A stretch of 64,000 bases of DNA. It comes from Candidatus Bathyarchaeota archaeon. GTDB taxonomy: Archaea; Thermoproteota; Bathyarchaeia; Bathyarchaeales; WUQV01. Both the position numbers and the translations under genes were made by a program. The notes below the pieces were generated by a model. It saw only the letters and a program-made list of their open reading frames with translations. It ran no database searches and was not told the origin of the DNA. Below are positions 63,118 through 64,000 of the stretch, in pieces; the first letter of the stretch is position 1; each line of letters begins with the position of its first letter. The DNA is taken from positions 3,827 to 67,826 of the forward strand of contig JAGGVF010000008.1 of NCBI GenBank assembly GCA_021158125.1, given 5' to 3'.

Positions 63118-64000
63118 TTGCCAGTAAAATGCTTTGTAGGGTATATTGCGATTTTTTTGCTCATAGTTGCATTCATATTAGCTACTGATATTTCATCAGT
63201 TGTTAATGCTCAAGATGTTATTATCGATCGACAAGTAAACTTCAATATAGGTGACTGTTGGTGTTCGACTAAATATCCAAACTTACCCGCGGGGGCTACC
63301 ATACAAGTTTCATGGAAAGCAAATCTCGATTACGGAGCAATCGGAAAAATTTTTCTGGTGGCTGAAAGCGAACTTAAGTGGATGCATAACGAGCTATATC
63401 CAATTCAGTCAGCTCACAGCCTTACTGAAGCTGATATAGAAGATGGTATAGAAGGTAGTTTTTGTTACACTCTTCCTGCATCGGGTAATTACTATGTGTG
63501 GATAGAAAATTATGCGTGGAGTCACTTAGATCTTTTGGGTCCATATATACGCATGAACTACTATGAGGTAAAACTTTTAGATAAAACACCGCCAGAAATC
63601 CATATAATATCACCTGAAAATACAACTTATTCATCAAGCACTATCCCGTTAATCTTTACGGTCAATGAGCCAGTTTCATGGATCGGCTATAGTTTAGATA
63701 AAGCATCAAACATAACAATTATGGGAAATGTAACTCTAACCAATTTAACGGAAGGGCTACATTCTATAATAGTCTATGCAAATGATACCAGCGGAAATAT
63801 GGGTGCTTCTAATGAGATTTTATTTACTGTTCAGATACCTCCAGAGAAGTTCAGAATCACAATTTATAGTTCTCCCATAGAAGTAACATTTACAGTAAAT
63901 GGTGAATCCCACACAACTCCGTGGTCGTGGGACTATGATGAAGGAACCTTTCTTACCATAATTATGCCAGAAACTTACGTTGTTAATGACGCTAGGTATT
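63118..64000 (+). CDS. Secreted Ig-like repeat protein; the 3' end runs off the window (not in the supplied track)
   Basis: I read this frame as open from TTG 63118 (GGGAG at 63104-63108) to the window end: MPVKCFVGYIAIFLLIVAFILATDISSVVNAQ.. then ..PPEIHIISPENTTYSSSTIPLIFTVNEPVSWIGYSLDKASNITIMGNVTLTNLTEGLHSIIVYANDTSGN... Confidence 0.6.
   Translation, partial: MPVKCFVGYIAIFLLIVAFILATDISSVVNAQDVIIDRQVNFNIGDCWCSTKYPNLPAGATIQVSWKANLDYGAIGKIFLVAESELKWMHNELYPIQSAHSLTEADIEDGIEGSFCYTLPASGNYYVWIENYAWSHLDLLGPYIRMNYYEVKLLDKTPPEIHIISPENTTYSSSTIPLIFTVNEPVSWIGYSLDKASNITIMGNVTLTNLTEGLHSIIVYANDTSGNMGASNEILFTVQIPPEKFRITIYSSPIEVTFTVNGESHTTPWSWDYDEGTFLTIIMPETYVVNDARY

Noticed and set aside
63251-63637. Track ORFs 63251-63439 (+) and 63422-63637 (-)
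   Set aside because: They are out of frame with or antisense to the long open frame 63118 to the window end, which has a signal peptide and recognisable Ig-like repeats.
1-64000. Scan for CRISPR arrays, rRNA genes, IS elements/transposases, toxin-antitoxin pairs and known defence-system hallmarks
   Set aside because: I saw no regularly spaced repeats, no rRNA-like conserved blocks, no transposase or integrase motifs, and no recognisable defence genes. The window is dominated by housekeeping and glycosylation genes.

Overview
Archaeal chromosomal segment. Evidence for this: family B DNA polymerase, AglB/STT3, CDP-archaeol synthase, TiaS, Tsr3, XPD, RadB and an intron-containing tRNA. The sequence is AT-rich, with frequent GGAGG Shine-Dalgarno sites, many GTG/TTG starts and many 1-4 nt gene overlaps. 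I cannot assign a lineage from sequence alone. Coding density is high: about 58 protein genes and one tRNA-Arg(UCU).

Content in order:
- 5'-partial polB, a QueT-family transporter, and a pilin-signal repeat glycoprotein.
- A two-part protein N-glycosylation / surface-glycan locus. The first part (7.1-16.8 kb) has an epimerase, GT2, GT4, wecB, a methyltransferase, a flippase and two UDP-sugar dehydrogenase paralogues. The second part (20.9-26.2 kb) has an ATP-grasp gene, DUF354, aglH and aglB. An XRE regulator and a NitT/TauT-type ABC importer sit between the two parts.
- gcvT-gcvH, topA, carS, and a nucleic-acid repair/processing neighbourhood (radB, RNase H-fold gene, clp1, xpd, nth).
- A secreted beta-helix protein and an S8 protease, then tsr3, nnr, tiaS, alaS, leuS, tRNA-Arg, argS and deoC.
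- An ATP-dependent DNA ligase behind a wHTH-KaiC-like ATPase, then a nitroreductase, an M20 peptidase and an MBL/beta-CASP-like nuclease.
- A surface-protein cluster whose last ORF runs off the window.

I saw no rRNA, CRISPR array, transposase, integrase or prophage signature. I did not find a self-evident complete novel system. The best leads are:
1. A small membrane protein that looks like eukaryotic OSTC/DC2 (the membrane core of Ost3/6).
2. A GC-rich leader upstream of queT that could sequester the Shine-Dalgarno site.
3. An ATP-grasp + DUF354 pair attached to the aglH-aglB operon.
4. A motif-degenerate dehydrogenase paralogue.
5. A wHTH-KaiC-like ATPase coupled to the DNA ligase.

All homology calls come from reading motifs by eye and from memory of protein families. 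None was verified by a search.
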